A stretch of 64,000 nucleotides of DNA from Haliotis rubra (Eukaryota): the NCBI RefSeq assembly GCF_003918875.1, contig NW_025767179.1:1736001-1800000 (forward strand), given 5' to 3'. The notes beneath the pieces were generated by a model. It saw only the letters and a program-made list of their open reading frames with translations, searched no databases and was not told the origin of the DNA. Shown piece after piece: positions 1-12,299 of this stretch. The position numbers and the translations under genes are program-made. Every line of letters starts with the position of its first letter. Position 1 is the first letter of the stretch.

Positions 1-1010
1 GCTGACCAAGGAATAACCTGGATGTGTTGCTGGGCCAGATACTGCATGGGAAGTCTAGCGGTGTGTGCCCGTGCGTTGTCCTGTTGAAAAGTATGGACAT
101 CTTGGTGGTGATTGAAGAATGATACGACGTGATTGTGAAGAATCTGGTCATTTTAGCATAGGGCATTAACTCTCCCTTGACAGACATGAAGGGCAGTTCT
201 GTGATTGTAACTTATTGCACCCCAGACCATGACACTCTCACCACCCCACGGTCTGTCTGAACCATACATGATAAGCATAACGTTCACCACGTCTACGCCA
301 AACACGTAATCGGCCGTCAGCATTACAGAAGTGAAGACGTGACTCGTCAGTGACTACCACACCATGCCATTGTTGTAAACTTTACTGAATATGCCTGTTA
401 GCCCATTGCATACGCTCATTACGGTGTCTGTCATTCAGAATTGGTCCAACGTAAGGACGTCGAGCATGGAGCCCTGTAACGTGTAAACAGCGTCGCATGG
501 TGTCAGCGCTGATGACCCCACGTCGACCATGAACTAGTGCAACAGTCCTTGCAGTCGGCAGTGTTTTATCACGGATATGGTCAAGGTCAATATGTCGATC
601 CTGACGGAAGGTCGTGACACGTTGTTGCCAAGGTCGTTGAAGGTCACTGATGCCGCCTGTCTGCTGATGTCGTCTATGAAGCCCAACGATGGGGAGAGGC
701 CAAGTCCAAGTGGTCGAGCAATATACCTGCTGCTGGTGCCAACCTGAATCATGCCTAGTGCACGTTCTCTTTCGTCAGGTGTTAACCTCGGCATCTCTGT
801 CCCGTTTCACAATCGTTAGTGCAGCAATGAGATCGTTTCTCATACACCTGCTTTTAATGTCACAGTCAGCATGGTTTCAGAATGAAATTCGCGCTTTTAC
901 ATGGAGTGGCTGCAGGTTGATGCGTTTTGGAATAAAGTGTCATACTGTGAAAATGAATTTGTTTCTAAAGCATTTTGTCAACTAGACATGTCCTTCGATT
1001 TCATGTTAGT
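1..1010 (-). mobile_element. Tc1/mariner transposon, frameshifted transposase (runs off the window start)
   Basis: ORF from 794 begins MPRLTPDERERALGM (HTH-type N-terminus). Further minus-strand motifs are DESRF, GRLRVWRRRGER, VMVWGAIS and FQQDNARAHTAR, typical of Tc1 DDE transposases. Cut near 1020 by a LINE. Confidence 0.9.
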
Positions 1011-1024
1011 TATATTCATTGATG

Positions 1025-3680
1025 TGCGACGAGCCTTGGTATTCGAAATTTTAAATTAGTTCAAATTATGGACAGTTGGATGTCGACGGAAATATTTTTC
1101 CGCCTTCTTCTCGCCTTTCTAGCTTGTTTGCATTCAGTGTTAAACCATGGTTTTCGAATGTGTGGAACTATAGAGGATTTTGGAATACATTCATCAGCAA
1201 TGATATTTAGTTCATCAGAAAATGTTTGAATAGGATCAGTAACATTAAGAAATAAGTTAGGGTTGCAATCTTTCAGTGCAAAGTGTATGAAATAAAGACC
1301 AATCGGCTTTTGTAAAGTTCAACCTCCACCTTGATGATGGTGGAGCATCACTAGGATGTACAGTTGATAGAACCGTGGGAAAATGGTCGCTTCCACATAG
1401 TTCATCATGAACCGACCATTCAAATTCATTTAATAAGTTTGAGTCTGTCAGTGAATGATCTATTGAAGAATAACTTCCAGTTCCAGGATGTAGATAAGTA
1501 TATGAATTATCATTTAATATACATCAATCATTATTCGAGATGAAATCCTCAAGTATTTTTCCTTTTTTGTATTTATAATTGTACCACCTCAAAGTGGATT
1601 GTGGCCATTCAAGTCACCTGTGATAATACAACGTTTAGGGAGTTGATCATATAACTCTTCAAGATCTGATTGCTGAAGACAGGATCATGGATATCTTTTA
1701 GAATGTACAGAGAACATAAAGTGACATCAACATGCAGAGTAAGCCTGACTGCAACTGCTTGAAGAGGGGTATTAAGTGGGACAGGACTATGGATTTTCCC
1801 TGCCTCACAATAAATGATGATCCTCCAGTAGCCGTATGCCCTGGAGGGGAGAAACAATGGTATGATGTATACCGTCGTAAGTCAAAGGTATCAGTTGATT
1901 TGAGATATGTTTCTTGCAAGCATAAAGCTGATGGTTTCAAATCTTGAACTAAAAGCTGTAAATCATTCAATTTCTTCCCAATTCCTCTACAGTTCCACTG
2001 GATATTATATTTTGAGAGTTCATTTAGGGTGTGCTATGGGAGAAAGCTCCCGACCTTTCTTTTTGAGAGAATGGCTCTTAGTGCCGGTGCTCAGTTGGGA
2101 TGACACATCCATGTCATCTAAGAGATGTTTAAAATGGACACAGGGTCTCTTTGTCCTTTTGGAACTCGTTCACTTCTATTTTGCTTTTTTGAATAGTCAA
2201 CGTTAGCATTTTTCTTTTTTAACAATTGGTGCAGATGTTTCGGTTTCTGATGATTTTGATAGTTTTTGTGAGGACGATTAAGAAGTTGTGCCAGAATTGA
2301 GATCATGAACACACATAGGGGTCTGTGTATTCACCCAAGTCAAGTCGGTTTGACAATCAATAGAGTGAATGGAGGGTTTCATTACTTCAGCGTAGGTGGA
2401 CATACCCCGCAGTGGAGTGTTGCCAGATGGTGTAGCTGAAGCAGCCAACTTCCTTGCTTCTGAAAAACTAACATTCTTTTCTGTTTTGTATGCGTTGGGC
2501 GGCCATTTCAAATTTCCAAACAGTACACTCTTTAGAGTAGGATATGTGTGAACCAGAACAGTTCACACATTTTGGTTCTGATGTACATATACCACTATCG
2601 TGATCTTTGTCACCGCAACGAAACCAAGCAGCATGATTTTTACATGAGTTTTGTCCGTGGCACCTGAGAGGTTTAGGAATATACAAGTCAACTACACCCT
2701 GCATTCTTAATTGACTTACTATATATGTCATCCGTGGAGAGATCAGCTAGACTCCTATCTCTGTCTCAGATAATGCCTTTGCTGAAGTTGAGAGACTTGT
2801 GTGGATAACATTTTACAGGAATGTTTGCAAAGGATTTTGTTTCCATGAGATTTGCTGCTTGTCCTCCCTTGACACTTTCTATTAGACTTGAACCAGATCT
2901 AATTTTGGTTACATTTCTAACAGTTCCAACCATACCTTGAATTGCTTTTTCTAATATAAAAGGAAAACAAGAAGTTACTTTTTCTCACTAGACTCTGCAA
3001 CAATGAATCGAGGCAAGGTTTCACGTTCCGAATAGCATAGTCTGGTAATGGTATCTTCCTCATCATCAGTGTCATCTGCATGGTAACGTTTTTGTTTGTT
3101 TTTGTTTTGTGAAGCTCTCCTGGCTCCCCGGCCACCACGGAGTGTCAACAAGGACGATGCCATATGCCTGTAGACCTCCGACAGGCGGCACCAAGGATAC
3201 CAAGAGAGTATACTCAAGCAGTAACATTGAATATAATGTACTACCAGATTGGCCCATGAGACATCGCCTTCTGGGCAAATTAAGACTCTAGGCAAATTTA
3301 TAACAAGCATATTTCCAAATCAAGAACAGTGTGATAAACAAACTAGGCCAAGACCTGAAGTAAACAGTCAATTTGGAAAGAGAATTTCTGCAAATACAAA
3401 ATCATGCACAGGGCTTGGCATGACCAGCCGATTGATTGAACCGGTTCCATTCAACCACCCGTCTAGGTGAAGTAAGCGGCGAAGTGGTGTGTTTGGCAAA
3501 GGAACGCTGTTCCTGGAACCAGTGCCCTCAACAACCAGACTCCCGTCCTCCACCGACACAGGGGCGGAACCCACGGCAAACAGGTTGGTAGACTAAAAAT
3601 ATCCCCGGGTCCACAGGGGTTTGAATAGCTCTTAGCGTTACCCAGCACCCACCACGAGGAGGTGGCTCTTCACGGGTGCC
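1025..3680 (-). mobile_element. I-clade (I/Nimb-like) non-LTR retrotransposon, 5' portion, decayed: 5'UTR, ORF1 and APE part of ORF2
   Basis: ORF1 pieces with zinc knuckles (FRCGDKDH..C, CVNCSGSH..C). ORF1 TAA abuts ORF2 ATG near 2021-2026. APE motifs QWNCRG, LCLQETYL, GGSS, LQAVAVRL and SDHF. Confidence 0.9.
3622..3680 (-). ncRNA. HDV-like self-cleaving ribozyme at the LINE 5' end
   Basis: Minus strand GGCACCC-GTGAAGAGCC-ACC-TCCTCGT-GGT-GGGTGCT-GG-GTAACG-CTAAG-AGCTATTCA. This gives P1 with a G-U first pair, P3 plus a 7-nt L3 like antigenomic HDV (ACC UCCUCGC GGU), P1.1, J4/2 CUAA, and P2 with two mismatches. Confidence 0.75.
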
Positions 3681-3954
3681 CAGTTTGGAAGACATTCAAC
3701 ACGTTCATCTACTCTTTCAACTGAAACACACCGAGAGAAAAAAATCACTTCACAGTTGACCTGACAGCCAGATCAACGTAAATGGATACATATTGCTAGA
3801 AAATATATCAAGTCTGTGACAGGTAAAACTGTCGTCAAGCTTCAACAACAAACATACACGTGCATAATATGTGTGTGTTTATCTCTTTTTAGTGTGTATT
3901 TCCGCACTCTATTCAAGATGTTCCTCTTTACTTCTCTATAAGCTGATGACATCC

Positions 3955-4116
3955 GGGACGGTGGGGTAGCCTAATTGTTAAAGCGTTGGCTCGTCACGCC
4001 GATTCCCCACATGGGCACAATGTGTGAAGCCCATTTCTGGTGTACCCCGCCGTGATATTGCTGGAATATTGCTAAAAGCGGAGAAAAACCATACTCACTC
4101 ACTCACTCACTCAATC
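3955..4116 (+). mobile_element. tRNA-derived SINE, family A
   Basis: A-box-like TAGCCTAATTGTT, B-box region deleted, (ACTC)n tail, TSD CTGATGACATCC. Matches several other copies in the window. Confidence 0.9.
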
Positions 4117-4145
4117 ACTGATGACATCCATTAAAATGTATTCTT

Positions 4146-4390
4146 ACCAGTGAAGGTCCGGGTTAAATATTGGCCTTCAGTAACCCATGCTTGTCGTAAG
4201 AGGCGACTAACGGGATCGAGTGGTCAGGCTCGCTGACTTGGTTGACACATGCCATCGGTTCCCAGTTGCGCAGATCGATGCTCATGCTGTTGGTCACTGG
4301 ATTGTCTGGTCCAGACTCGATTATTTACAGACCGCCGCCATATAGCTGGAATATTGCTGAGTGCGGCGTAAAACTATACTCACTCCCACA
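4146..4390 (+). mobile_element. SINE-like retroposon, family B (structured non-tRNA head)
   Basis: About 240 bp, near-identical to copies at 24075 and 60397. ACTC tail; TSD TAAAATGTATTCT. Confidence 0.85.
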
Positions 4391-4529
4391 CTAAAATGTA
4401 TTCTCATTGTTATTCAAAATAAATATAGAATACGTTGAAATTTAGGCTCTTATAATGTCATTGATTCATTCATTTGCATAGCTAATTGTATTATTTATTA
4501 ATTTGCTTTAGCAAATCTGCTTTAGCAAA

Positions 4530-5190
4530 TAGCGAGTGAGTTCAAATGTAACGTCGCATCGTCATTGTTGCAGTCATATAGCGACGAGACCACGTTTACA
4601 CATATGCACAAATCTATAACTACACAAAGTTACATTCAAAAACAATTGTCATGTACACATTTCGACATCACAATGTTATATATTTACAATTTAGAACACG
4701 GGGTTGTAACAGTAGTATTTACAATTTTAATTATATAAAATGGGCTTTAACGATACTATTTACAATCTAGAATACGGGCCATAAGCCCAAAAAATTACAA
4801 ATAAGCAATAATAATGTACATACATATATTCATAGTTTATGGTACAGATCAATTTGTTTCAAGTAATTAATTATAAGATGATAGCTTACATAAAGCTTAG
4901 ATCTTTCAGGTTTACTGCTTGATAATGACTGCCAATCCTTGCAATTGCAAAGTCCACACAGCCAAGTAAAATATGCTTGACGGTGAGCCTTTCATCACAA
5001 GGGATACTCACAGGAGGTTCGTCTTTATCTGTTTTAAGCAGATATTCGTTGGTAAGTCGACTGTGGCCAATACGACATCGTCGCAAAATGACTTCGTCAT
5101 GTCTTGATTGACAAACCAAGCACGTATTCTTGGTTTAAATTCATGAAGTCTATTTATTCCTACCTTGGAGTCCCACCTTTTTTTGCACCC
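4530..5190 (-). mobile_element. I-clade LINE 3' fragment (ORF2 C-terminus and 3'UTR)
   Basis: ORF 4886-5119 EVILRRCRIGHSRLT..YLL...PP..IPC...LTVKHILLGC. LINE-type tail ending in ACTC near 4530. Confidence 0.8.
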
Positions 5191-5204
5191 AGTATAACTT
5201 TTTA

Positions 5205-5935
5205 TATACTATTCAAAAACGAAACGCATAACCCAGAAATCTGTTGCTAAAATGGTGTATTTTCAAACATGTATAACTCGTCCACAAATAGACTTTAGTA
5301 CATGAATTTTAGAAGAAGGAAATCTCTATACAACAATCTTGATAATTTTATATAACGGAGACGTTGAGCGCCATGGTGACGACGTAGTACGGGCCCGACG
5401 TCGGATCTCCTTGCTCTCAGTCCAATCTCTCTCAACCTGTTCCGTTCAGTTTGCCCGGATATCCTCCGAAGTACAGGCACCCTGGCTGCTGTGCTCTCAC
5501 CCATGGCAGTACGATCACGCAAATGTACTGATCTTGGGCTACAGTGTGACTCGAGGTCTGCCTGTACGGGGACGGTGATTTGTTATGCCTGTTTGGTTGT
5601 AATGAGCTGTAAGCCGTGATATCGTGCTCAGACAAACATTCAGACGCCTTGTAACAGAAGATTGGTCATCTCCAGCGTGCATTCTTTCAATGGCGATGTT
5701 CCCTGTCGCAGCGTCAAGACGTGGCGTAGTGATCTGACCTTAAAACTCCTTAAAAAACGAATGCCGATTTCCGAAAGTAATCTGGATTTGTATAGCCAGG
5801 CAGTGCATGCTCTTTGCTGCGCAATTTCGACTGGAAGGTGATTTGTGTTGCGTTGTGATGATGCCTTTTTTATCATTGTAAGAAATCTCATCAAAATCAA
5901 CATTTTCAGGTAAAGTTTCTACTTGTGCAATTGTG
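5205..5935 (-). mobile_element. Internally deleted Tc1/mariner element
   Basis: Frameshifted N-terminal transposase motifs (GRPRVT, QDQYI, RNRLREIGLRARR..VGPVL) homologous to the element at 1-1010. TA-flanked terminus near 5205. Confidence 0.7.
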
Positions 5936-5949
5936 TAAAATCATGTTAT

Positions 5950-6900
5950 CAACACTTTTGTTACATATTTTGACGATTGTTTAAACACAATAGGTAATGA
6001 ATAGACTTTTAAAAATACAGTAGTATTGTATAGTTGGCTTGAAATCATTCTCCGGTATAAGCAGTGGCGATACTTAAGCAAATAGTATGCCACAGGCTTG
6101 CAACAGGCAAGTGTTAATTTAGCGATCAGAACGAAACGTTTATACATTAGATGAATGATAAAGTGCAAGGGCATTAGACTTTGATACACAATAACAAAAT
6201 GCATAGATGGTACTACAAATATTCTCAAATCAAGTAGACGAATATGTCACAGTGAGAGGTTCATTTAATAGTTTTAGGAGATGGGACCGCCTTTACAAAT
6301 GGAGTTTTGTGAGAGAAATGCTTCTAGTGTGAGTCAACCTTTGGTGCAGATGGAATGGAGATACGTGTTTTCGTATTTTTTCAGTCTGCAGAGATAGGGA
6401 GGATTTACTTCGAACTACATGCAACCCTTCCCACGGTTGAGATGCTTTTCAATCATTTCTTTACCAGGTGATGGCGAGTGCTATCTACAAATCAATCGCA
6501 TCTGAAAAGAAAAACATCATTAAGCCTCATGTATAATAGTAACTACAAAGAAACCTCGAATGTTCAATGTTTTGTTCAACACACTGGGACATAATTATTC
6601 CATTAAAATCCAGGTTTTTATCTCCAGTGGCGCTGCGATTGAATCAAAGGGGTTACATTATCTTTCAATCATTTCGTGACACGACATATTAAATTTCGTG
6701 GACGGAACACGTTTTTCATGCCATACGTAAATGTACATGGACATTTTGTGTCAGGCAAAACCAAGTAATGTTTTCATCATTTACTGTCTACTGTCCTTTA
6801 TGCCATATAATAGGTAGTTTCTTTTCTTTTCTTTTTAGCAATTTGGCTGCGTGTCTTCCAATTAATTGTCGCCATATGTCAGCGTTTATGTCACTGTGAT
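5950..6900 (-). pseudogene. Decayed Penelope-like RT relic
   Basis: Minus strand HKTP..G(R)PI at 6280-6311, then a Q..G....SP-like motif near 6065-6100. Confidence 0.45.
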
Positions 6901-7244
6901 GCTGTCAGTGGTGGCAAAAGGTCTTTCTGACACGTAACATTACTGATACTTAATGTGTTAATTTTTACATCAGGAACCAATACCTGTCACCTCATAAATA
7001 CGCAAACTAACCGCACGTCCACTAGCTTTAGGGATGTTTTGTTTGTTTCTGGAACTGAAAGTAGAAGAAGGTATTTCAAGTGCGTATTAGTTTATGCACG
7101 AAAAAGTTGTATTGTCAGTCGCACTCTGAACAGAGTAGAAAAATCAAGTTGGTGTTAGAGTAGCTTCATTGAAGGAAGGCGTAAAATGGGCACTTTTGTT
7201 TCAAACTGACAGTTATCCCATCGCAATACCGCATATTCAATATG

Positions 7245-7440
7245 TGATCATTAACCCCAACTATAGTCTTGACCACTTATCGAACGATTCCCCACAAGTC
7301 AAAAGAGGTATAATACCCACCCTAGTCCGACGTGCCAAAACATCTGCTCTACATCTGGACAACTGGACGCCAGATTCCAACACCTGCGCCCTCTCCTCGG
7401 GGCCTAAAACAACTCTCCTACCAATCACAAATGAACTGGC
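7245..7440 (+). mobile_element. Penelope-like element fragment (5' piece of an element split by the L1/Tx1 insertion)
   Basis: VKRGIIPTLVRRAK is a PLE RT-thumb-region motif; the element appears to resume at 11700. Confidence 0.6.
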
Positions 7441-7959
7441 AGAGTTTCAGTTGGGTTAGACATTATGATTATTAATTGGTTGAATCTTATACATATCAAT
7501 TTCACTGAGCTCTGAAATAGTAATGAAGAAGCTTTTGTATCTGGTATGAAATGAATAACTGTACTGGTTCTATGCCTTTTGAATCAGAGGGCAATATGTG
7601 TTGGTCACTGCATATCGCAATACACTCACCGGAGTCAAAATGCAATATATCACAATGCAATTAATCTTTTGGCAATACTCAGTCTACTATTTTCATCTCA
7701 TATTTATTCTTTTAAAACCCAATTTCACCTCACCTCACTTCACCCTCACCTTTTGGGGACTGTTAATTACTATGATATTGACTGGGTTTGGTGGACACGG
7801 TACCATAACGTGTTCTCTTTCTTTGTTTTTATGTTTCTTTGTAGATCTATCTACTAATGTATTAGCAGCATACCTCCCATTGCAATAGTATTCTCCCATC
7901 AGATATGCAGAAATCTAAACCTCGATGTCTGTAACAATTGTGGGTAATATTTAAAAAAA

Positions 7960-10900
7960 TTAAAATGATTTCGGCTAATTGTAGGGGATTGGCAGATAAG
8001 AATAAAAGGAAAGCGGTATTGAACATTTACAGGAAAAAATCGTATTCCATAATCTATCTGCAAGACATAGAAGATGTAAACATAATGAAAAGTATAATCT
8101 AACCCAGGACGGGTAGCTATACTCTTTAACAACAATATTGATATTACTACACATAGAACAGTATAAGATGAGAAAGGAAATTATTCGATTGCAGATGTAA
8201 TCATAGAGGAAATAAAGATTTACATTTACAAATATATATGGACCAAACTTCTATGTAAAACTATTTGATAATATTTGCAATGTTGATAATGAATTCTTGG
8301 CTATTGTTGGAGACTGGCATTTGCTTATTGATCTTTCAATGGATCTGGAAAATTATAAAAATATCAGCAATCCTAAGGCTAGAAATATATTTTAGATAGG
8401 ATTGAAACACTTGATCTTGTAGACGTTTGGAGAGAGCTTAACAAGGATTTAAGAATGTATACCTGGTGGAAAAAAAACCCTACACAACAAGCAAGACTGG
8501 AGTTCTTTTTAATATCACCAGATTTCTTTAATCTTGCGCTTGATTCTGACATCTTACCTGGATATAAAACAGATCATTCAGCTATTAGCTTTACCTTCTC
8601 CAACACTATTCAGGAAAGAGGGCGGGGTTATTGGAAATTTAATACTTCCTTACCTTTACATCCTGAATATGCATATTTAGTTAGATCAATCCTGAATGAA
8701 ACAATAGAAGAATACTCAGATACTGATAGCAAGGTGAAAAATGTAAAGGGTTTTGAATAAAAACTCAAGGTTAATGTATATTTTTGGAGACATTTGTTTA
8801 TGAAAGTGAAGGAAAGGAAAAACAATTTCATTTTCATCTTTTCTTAAAAGGAAAACAAGAGATAAGACCAAGGAATTAGAAAGTAGAATTTAAGATTGTG
8901 AAGATACAATAAGAAGATTTTCAAAATATAGATCAATCCTTACCTTCGGAACTAACAAAATTGGAATTGCAGCAGATTAAAGAAGACGAAATGAGAGGAA
9001 TTCAGCTTAGGAACAGAATCTTATGTTATGAAGAGTGAGTGAGTGAGTTATTATTTAACGTCACATCGGCAATATTTCAGCCATATCGTGACGAAAACTA
9101 TTCATACAATAAAAAGTGAAATGAGAACATTTGACATTGAAATGGAATATATGTTATGAAGAAGGAGTAAACCCGACAAAAAAATTCTGCCATTTAGAAA
9201 ATAGAAATTATGTCAGCAAATCAATTGACAAAATCATTACGGATAAGGCTGAGGAAATTACTGGCAGTGATTCAATCTTAAATGCTTTTAATGAATTTAA
9301 TTTAAAAAAACCCTCTATTCTTCAGATAAGCAATATGAAACAGATTCTCATTTTAAAAATGTGATAACTCCAACCTTGAGTGACCAACAGAGATACAAAT
9401 TGGAAAAAGACATGAATGAAATATCACTGGCAGTAAAAAAGCATGAAGAATAACAAAAGCCCTGGAATAGATGTATTTTCGATAGATTTCTTTGAGTATT
9501 TTTGGAAAGATCTTATGGTTTGGATTTTCAGATTTATTAAAGATGTTTCTGTAAGAAATGAGATGTCTCTAACCATGAAGAGAGAAGTTATCACCTATAT
9601 ACCAAAGGGTAATAAAAACAGAAACCAATTAAAGAATTGGAAACCAATTACTTTATTAAATACTCTGTTCGAGATACGAGACTACAAATTACCTTAAATT
9701 CTCTAATACATGATAACCAGACTGGATTAATATCAGGCAGGACTCTAAGTGAAAATACAACACTATTGTATGATATTATGTTTGAAACTAAGAAACGAAA
9801 TACTACGGTTTATTTATGTTAACTGATTTTGAAAAAGCTTTCGACACAGTTTCTAAAGATTTTATAAATTCTGTATTATATAAACTTGGTTTCGGTCCAG
9901 AGATTATACGCTGGATTAATTTGCTAACTTATGATACAGCCTCATGTGTTATTTAGAATGGACATCTCTCTGATTTCTTCCCTAATGAGCGGGGTTGCAG
10001 GCAAGGTGATACATTATCACCATATTTGTTTCTTTTTGTGGCTGAAATCTTTGGATGTATGATAAGACAAAATAATATTTCTGCGATTGATACAATTAAT
10101 ACTTTCTACAATATGTCAGGGTTAAGAATAAATATAGATAATACTAAGGCAATTGACTGGATTGGCTCTAAAGCAGGAGGCGGAGACATACTTTGTCAAG
10201 ATTTGCATAGAGAATAGCAAAGAAATGAATTCGAAGTTTTAGGAATTTACTCATGACTTAAATGATCTGTGGGTTATCAACATACGATAAAGACTAGAAG
10301 ACATTAACAGATTACTAGCAACATGGAGTAAAAGAAAATTGACGTTGCTTGGAAAAATTACTGTTATTAAAACATTGGCTTTTTCAAATTTGGTGCATGT
10401 CTTTAATACTTTACCTAACCCTTGAGATGAATTTATTACCTCCCTAGAGAGAATATTTTTTAGATTTATTTGGGATAATAAAATAGCAAAATCAAACGGA
10501 ACATTTTCAAAAAAGACTATAAAGAAGGGGGTTTACGCATGATTGATATCAAAACTTTTGTTTATGCTATTATGCTATAAAACTATCCATACTCAGACTG
10601 TATGTCAGAAAAGCAAATGTACGTAGTCCATACAATTTTCCAATAAAAGGTATACTGAAGTAAGGCGCAAATTTTCAGAATGTTGTTGAAATTGAAAATC
10701 TGTTTTGGAGGGATATCTTGGAGGCATGTAAATAATATTGTACTAAAACACCATTGAAGATGATAACATAAATGAAATCTTATCCCAACCCATATGGCTC
10801 AATTATAACTAACTAACTCAAGAATATTTTATGATAAGTTGCTATCTGATAGTGTTATACCACATATCTGACATAAATGGGAAAAGAATATTCAAAGATA

Positions 10901-11690
10901 TTGATTTTGAATGACCACTGATCTTTAATTTATATAGAAAAAGTATAAAAGATGTTAAATTTTAGATTCTCAATTGAACTTTTTTGCATTGAATTGTTTA
11001 TTCCAAAAAAGAACCTTTAAAGATGAAACTGGTTGACAATTTAATATGTACTTTTTGTAATGAAGCTGATGAGTGAGTGAGTGAGTTTAGTTTTACGCCG
11101 CTTTTAGCAATGTTTCAGCCACATCACGGCGGGGAACTCCAGAAATGGGCTTCAAACATTGTGCCCATGTGAGGAATCAAACCCGGGTCTTCGACGTGAC
11201 GAGCGAACGCCTTAACCACTAGGCTACCCCACCGCCCCCGAAGCTGATGAAAACATATAACATTGTCATATATATTGCTAATGTGAGGGAAAAAAATAAA
11301 TTGGAATGAACCTAAAATTTGGATTAATCAAAACATACAGGAATTGCAATTAACACGTTTGGTTTGGTACTCTAAGTACTAACCCACTACGTTTTCATAC
11401 AATACTTTTCGCCAAGAGACACATCTATATTTGCACCCTGCAAAAAATAACTTCCAACTTAGAAAACTTCAAAAGATTTTAAAAGACATATTCATGGTTG
11501 AAAAAATATATTGAAAAGTAACAATGTTTTTGATAAATACTCCACAAATGGTTTCCTCTATTCCAATTATTTGATCCAGGATGACCATTGTTAACCGCTG
11601 AAATTTGATGTGCAATATATACATATATCTGATGTATCAGCAATGTATACTCAGATATTCGAAACTTGTATTGATGCGAATAATAAAAGT
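7960..11690 (+). mobile_element. L1/Tx1-like LINE ORF2, decayed
   Basis: NCRGL, YTWWKKNPTQQARLEFFL, TDHS, RGRGYWKFN (APE). KSPGID, NWKPITLLN, DFEKAFD, RGCRQGD.LSPYLF (RT). CTFC..H near 11050-11270. Confidence 0.9.
11069..11240 (-). mobile_element. tRNA-derived SINE, family A
   Basis: Full copy with A/B boxes and TSD GAAGCTGATGA, nested in the LINE. Confidence 0.9.
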
Positions 11691-11699
11691 AATTTACAA

Positions 11700-12240
11700 A
11701 AATAAACCCTACCAGACATGTAGACCGCACCATCAACACCACCCTCAACACAAATGAGAAGCCCCAACTCAATAAACAGTACAGGAAACTACATAGGTAC
11801 AGCCAGTGACCAAATCAGCCGACTCCTGAAACACCAAGTCCGTACCGATGCAGTGTTCCAGGGAAGGCAAAACATACAGAACATTCTCTAAACCAATGGC
11901 AGACCTGCCACTACATCTAAAGAAGACCTCACAGGTGCAGTTTCTGGAAAGAAAGTGACTGGTGACACGTATATCAGTGAAATGTGCAAGTCTCCCCGTA
12001 AGAATTGAACATCAAACCTCAGTGAAGAACAAAGACTATAAATCCACCATGTCAGAGCTCATCCAGACCATCAACGTACAAATAGCGATCAGACTCACAA
12101 GATCAGAAAAGTACTAGAAGCCATTTTCACCAAGACTCAACAGAGACCAAGATTACCACAACCCTAATGCCTACAATCAACTCATCACTAAGCAATCTTA
12201 AACCTATTATTCCAATTGTCCAACTCATTACTGGCTTCCT
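11700..12240 (+). mobile_element. Penelope-like element 3' part (GIY-YIG)
   Basis: YISE...EHQTSVKNKD, RKVLEAI, LNRD and NAYNQLI motifs. Confidence 0.65.
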
Positions 12241-12299
12241 CTATAATGTGTCCCTTGTTAATTTAATGAAATCATGTGATATCACTTCTGCAGCGAGAC

